Assembly (NCBI GenBank): GCA_963674735.2
Contig: CAXXQS010000002.1
Span: 192,001-256,000, forward strand
Reading direction: 5' to 3'
Origin: Myxococcota bacterium
Lineage (GTDB): Bacteria; Myxococcota_A; SURF-8
Length of the DNA stretch: 64,000 nt
Position 1 is the stretch's first letter; each line of letters starts with the position of its first letter. The notes under the pieces were generated by a model, which did not search any database, was not told where the DNA came from, and saw only the letters and a program-made list of their open reading frames with translations. Positions 60,309-64,000 of this stretch are shown one piece after another. Position numbers and translations under genes: made by a program.

Positions 60309-61622
60309 TTATTGGGAAGGCTGGATCGTCCCCAGTCCGTCACCGGATACAATAAGTGAGATATCGGTGGATGACCGGACATCGAGGCGACAAACCATCC
60401 AGTGATGTTCAATCGGAAACGGCTCCGGTTCGGCGCTTTTGTCGTAGCGGAAGGTTCCACGCAGTTCTCCGAACAACCACACTTTAACCGTCAGCGCAAC
60501 CGAATCGGAACTGCTGTAATTCTCAACCGTTATCAGATATTCACCAAGCTGCGGGTCGTTCAGGTTGATGTTCTCCGGTCCCGTTCCGTTCACATCATCG
60601 ACATCCAATTTCGGATCGTCTGCACGATTACCGCTCCTTCCCCAATCAGGCGCATTGGAAGGTCCGGGACAACCGCGCGCCGGGCATTCGGGATTGATGC
60701 CCATCTCGGTATTGCAGTTTTGCCAGCAACAGTCGTCAACGTTGTTCACGGCACCGCAACTGCGCGTATGCAACCCGCCGGGGCGGATCAGATGCAGATC
60801 GTGGTCGTTCTCCGGTTCCGACCAGGTCAACTCGACGTGAATGGCACGGTCGGGGACGGCCACCACCACGGATCGACCTACATACACACCGGTGCAGGCC
60901 GGAATATTGTTTTTCAATATCAGGCGAATGATGTATGTACCCGCCAGCTCCGCCACAAAGTGCGGACGCGCTTCACGGCTGAATATCCCCTCAATGGGAT
61001 AATCGTTTTCATCGTAAAGGACAACTCCCTCCGCCCCGGCGGGTTTTGCCTCCCATACCCATTTGTAAACGAAAAAAGCATCATTGGGATCGTAGGAGTA
61101 GGAAGCATCCAACCGCACCTCATCGAGAGGCAAGACAATGCGGTCGGGACCTAATACCGGTACCGCGCAATCATCGTAAGGAATATCGCCGTCGGGATGA
61201 TCACCATCGGGATGGTCGCCGTCGGGATGGTCGCCGTCGGGCCAATCGCCGTCGGGCCAATCGCCGTCGGGCCAATCGCCGTCGGGATGGTCGCCGTCGG
61301 GATGGTCGCCGTCGGGATGGTCGCCGTCGGGCCAATCGCCGTCGGGATGATCACCATCGGGATGATCGCCGTCGGGATGGTCGCCATCGGGATGGTCGCC
61401 ATCGGGATGATCGCCATCGGGATGATCGCCGTCGGGCCAATCGCCGTCGGGATGGTCGCCGTCGATCATATCGCCGTCATTACCAGAGCTTTCATGGTCG
61501 GCATCACCATCCATGTCTCCTTCGTCCGGCTCCTCGAATACGATGGCAGGAGAACTCCAGCAACCCACAAACACGATCAACCCAGCCAGCAGCCATCCTC
61601 TCCAAATTCCCCGGTTTGTCAT
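60309..61622 (-). CDS. Lipoprotein with DGD(H/W)P repeats, a PKD/REJ-like Ig domain and a YfaP/DUF2135-like domain
   Basis: Lipobox FVGC; LDAS.SYDP; LTW...D.DLHL...LDVDD..G.GPENI; start ATG 61622 after GGAGG. Confidence 0.8.
   Translation of the reverse strand: MTNRGIWRGWLLAGLIVFVGCWSSPAIVFEEPDEGDMDGDADHESSGNDGDMIDGDHPDGDWPDGDHPDGDHPDGDHPDGDHPDGDHPDGDHPDGDWPDGDHPDGDHPDGDHPDGDWPDGDWPDGDWPDGDHPDGDHPDGDHPDGDIPYDDCAVPVLGPDRIVLPLDEVRLDASYSYDPNDAFFVYKWVWEAKPAGAEGVVLYDENDYPIEGIFSREARPHFVAELAGTYIIRLILKNNIPACTGVYVGRSVVVAVPDRAIHVELTWSEPENDHDLHLIRPGGLHTRSCGAVNNVDDCCWQNCNTEMGINPECPARGCPGPSNAPDWGRSGNRADDPKLDVDDVNGTGPENINLNDPQLGEYLITVENYSSSDSVALTVKVWLFGELRGTFRYDKSAEPEPFPIEHHWMVCRLDVRSSTDISLIVSGDGLGTIQPSQ
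61180..61463 (-). repeat. Nineteen 15-bp coding repeats (DGDHP/DGDWP/DGDIP)
   Basis: Directly visible tcgccgtcgggatgg variants. Confidence 0.95.
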
Positions 61623-61914
61623 GGCAAACACCTCCATGCCATAGGTTGCCGACCCAACGACATTCCTCGCTGGAAAAAGGCCTATTTGGATGATCTTCGA
61701 TGGTCCGTGACTCGAATAAGTACTCTACCCGACCCGGTTGAATTAAGCAAGCAAGGGAAAAACAGGTTCGAAAAACACCGATCAAACGCAGACCCGACAG
61801 ATTAGCCACATACTCCTTTTTATCGAATCCATTCAAGTGGTATACTTCGACACTATAATCCTCACCCTGGACAACGAAAATGTGGATGTTCTTAAACCGG
61901 CAAGCTCAACAACC

Positions 61915-64000
61915 ATGAACCATCGCTCTGCCCCACAACCAGCCGAGCCTGTCCCACCCATTGAAACGCCATCCGCGTTCCAAATAAAGAGGCTTTCGCT
62001 ATTTGCACTGGCGACGACCACCCTTGCCGTCTTCCTGTGGTTTGTTTTTATGGTGGAACACGCAGCCCCATTTACCCCCGGTCTGGCTTTGAACGATGGC
62101 TGGAAAGTGCTGGATGTGGAATCCGACGGCTACGAAATGCGTTTGACGTTGAAATCGGCGGAGGCTTCCGAGGGAATGAAAGGACTGAGTCTCGCCATCA
62201 CACCGGGTGCCAATCACTATCTGATCCACGCCCTCACGAGAACTTCCTTGCCACAAGACCTTGCCGAAACCATTCGACAACATATTCATCATTGGGAAAC
62301 CAAGCGCGGCCAAGTCCTGCTGGCCGTCGAGGGAAGCGAAGCCCAAGAAGCCTTTTTCTTATTTATTATACCGGTATTGCTAATATTTTTGTTTATCGGA
62401 ACAAGCCTACTCGTCTGGATACGCGGCTTTCCCCATTACCGATCGAGCGGACTGATCGTCGTCTTTTCAGCTCTTCTCTTCACCTTGTTTTTCAGATTCC
62501 ACCCCGACGCGAGTCTCGTCCCGATCGAATGGATCACCCTGATGAGCCATGGTTGGAGCAAAACCACCATCCAGATCCTATCCGGTCTGGGCATTCACGC
62601 CGGTCCCGCCTTCAAACCGCTTTTACTGGGGTTCAGTTTCGATCAGTCTACCGTATTACAACAGATCGTCAAAACCAACCTCTGGCTCTGGGGCTTGAAC
62701 GGATTGTGGTTTTATATTCTTGCACTCCATTGGTTGCGCAAGCCCTGGCTTGCAACGGCCCTGGCCCTGCTTTACTCGATCAATGTGTTGAGTTTAAACG
62801 CCATGCTATCCGAAACGCCCGCTATGCTGTTGGCCTTTCTGTTCTGGACCGGCATAACGGCGCTATACTGGATTCGACAGAGTAACACCCACCCACGTTT
62901 AGCCCTCTTCGGCGTACTTATCCTGGTGCTCGCCACCTGGCTGACTCTCGCCATTCGGGGTGAAGTGGCGCTTTTCGGATTGGTCGCCATCGCGCTTGTG
63001 ATCCTGCATCCTCTGGCCACCTTGCCACCTTTCAAACGAGGGAATAACGGTCGGACGAACACAGGTCAATCGGAAAAGCCTTTTTGGGCCGACGCCACGA
63101 TGTGGGCCCTGCTGCTGACATTGCTAGCGGTTTACACTTTTCTTTACCACCTGCATATCCACTCTCATCGCATCACCCCTCTGCTTTTTGCCCCGGATTT
63201 ATTCGCCGGACTGAAGAGCCACTTGCATATCGTTTATCAATGGGCGCTGGATAGCCTCAATCCCACCCATGTCAGTTTTCTTCTTCTTCCCGGTCTGTTG
63301 GGACTTTACTTTCCACTCGCTCTCGTACTCGTTGCCGGATTGGGTATTTTTCACTCTCTCAAACGCCCCTCGCTTTACGCGGCACTTCCCATAGGACTCG
63401 CGCTCGCCATCAATATCTACGTGCTGGCGGCACTGGGCGATCTGCGCTATCATTTTCGTTTCCTCTCGATGCTTCTGGCTCCTCTTTTTTTGCTGGTCGT
63501 CCTCGGTTTCCACACGCTCATCACCCATTTTCGTTTTGCCGCGCTGCGTCCAGGCAAGCAACGCTTGATGCTCATCATCATTTTGCTCACTTGTGTCGTT
63601 TCTCCATCCGACCTTCTCCCCGGCAGCTCGAGCGGCGATCCACTGGAAGCAACAGGTGCACGCTACCTGAAACTGCTCGATCGAAACGAGCAGAAGGAAG
63701 CTCGCTTTATCTTGGAAGCAATGGCAACGCATCCCGATTGCTTCTTCGTCGCCAAAACAATGCGTCACAAATACAGCCACGATATGCGCCATACATTCGA
63801 TTATACGATATGGGGAAATCACCTGGGTCGGATCGTCCACCGCAACCACCTGCCCGGTAAAGCGGCATTGGGCGGCAGTTGTCTGTTATTCGTCAAAGCC
63901 CTGGACTGCTTTCGTCCCGACGCTGCTAACTGCAAGGCCGAAACGACGAGTCTGGAACCGCTTTCTGAACGACTCGTCACCTCCCGCGCCTACAGCCCGC
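61915..64000 (+). CDS. Partial large polytopic membrane protein, possibly a GT-C-type glycosyltransferase (absent from the ORF track)
   Basis: Frame read by eye is stop-free from ATG 61915 to the window end; more than 10 hydrophobic helices; AMLSETP and IRGE loop motifs. Confidence 0.7.
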   Translation, partial: MNHRSAPQPAEPVPPIETPSAFQIKRLSLFALATTTLAVFLWFVFMVEHAAPFTPGLALNDGWKVLDVESDGYEMRLTLKSAEASEGMKGLSLAITPGANHYLIHALTRTSLPQDLAETIRQHIHHWETKRGQVLLAVEGSEAQEAFFLFIIPVLLIFLFIGTSLLVWIRGFPHYRSSGLIVVFSALLFTLFFRFHPDASLVPIEWITLMSHGWSKTTIQILSGLGIHAGPAFKPLLLGFSFDQSTVLQQIVKTNLWLWGLNGLWFYILALHWLRKPWLATALALLYSINVLSLNAMLSETPAMLLAFLFWTGITALYWIRQSNTHPRLALFGVLILVLATWLTLAIRGEVALFGLVAIALVILHPLATLPPFKRGNNGRTNTGQSEKPFWADATMWALLLTLLAVYTFLYHLHIHSHRITPLLFAPDLFAGLKSHLHIVYQWALDSLNPTHVSFLLLPGLLGLYFPLALVLVAGLGIFHSLKRPSLYAALPIGLALAINIYVLAALGDLRYHFRFLSMLLAPLFLLVVLGFHTLITHFRFAALRPGKQRLMLIIILLTCVVSPSDLLPGSSSGDPLEATGARYLKLLDRNEQKEARFILEAMATHPDCFFVAKTMRHKYSHDMRHTFDYTIWGNHLGRIVHRNHLPGKAALGGSCLLFVKALDCFRPDAANCKAETTSLEPLSERLVTSRAYSP

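Noticed and set aside
61180-61463. Possible CRISPR array (also 13509-13710 and 34298-34495)
   Set aside because: Contiguous in-frame coding repeats with no unique spacers and no cas genes in the window
62037-63860. Listed short ORFs at the window end
   Set aside because: Out-of-frame or antisense to the long open frame starting at 61915

Overview
A 64-kb stretch of a GC-rich diderm bacterial chromosome. The gene content (many Cys-rich acidic lipoproteins, DUF3786, REC-HDOD/HD-GYP regulators) suggests a deltaproteobacterial/Myxococcota-like organism; this is inference only. Housekeeping genes are gap-pgk-tpiA, ahcY, gyrA, yhaM, mntP, tRNA-Val and tRNA-Asp, plus a probable 6S RNA directly upstream of ahcY. 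Accessory systems: (i) a three-to-four-gene nitrogenase-like operon (NifH-type ATPase plus two very divergent component-1 subunits) with no nif, bch or cfb context, the strongest candidate for an undescribed enzyme system; (ii) a translationally coupled six-gene synthase-type exopolysaccharide operon (GT2, membrane-anchored beta-helix protein, deacetylase, glycosidase-like protein, YaiO-like porin); (iii) two secreted proteins carrying three copies of one Cys-patterned domain plus a membrane-anchored partner; (iv) a short Rho lacking its RNA-binding domain but with its own promoter; (v) an AT-richer signalling island behind an integrase remnant at tRNA-Asp; (vi) an alpha-2-macroglobulin with a GspG-like insert; (vii) a recurring Asp-Gly-Asp repeat linker shared by unrelated lipoproteins. 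All calls come from motif recognition by eye; no searches were run.
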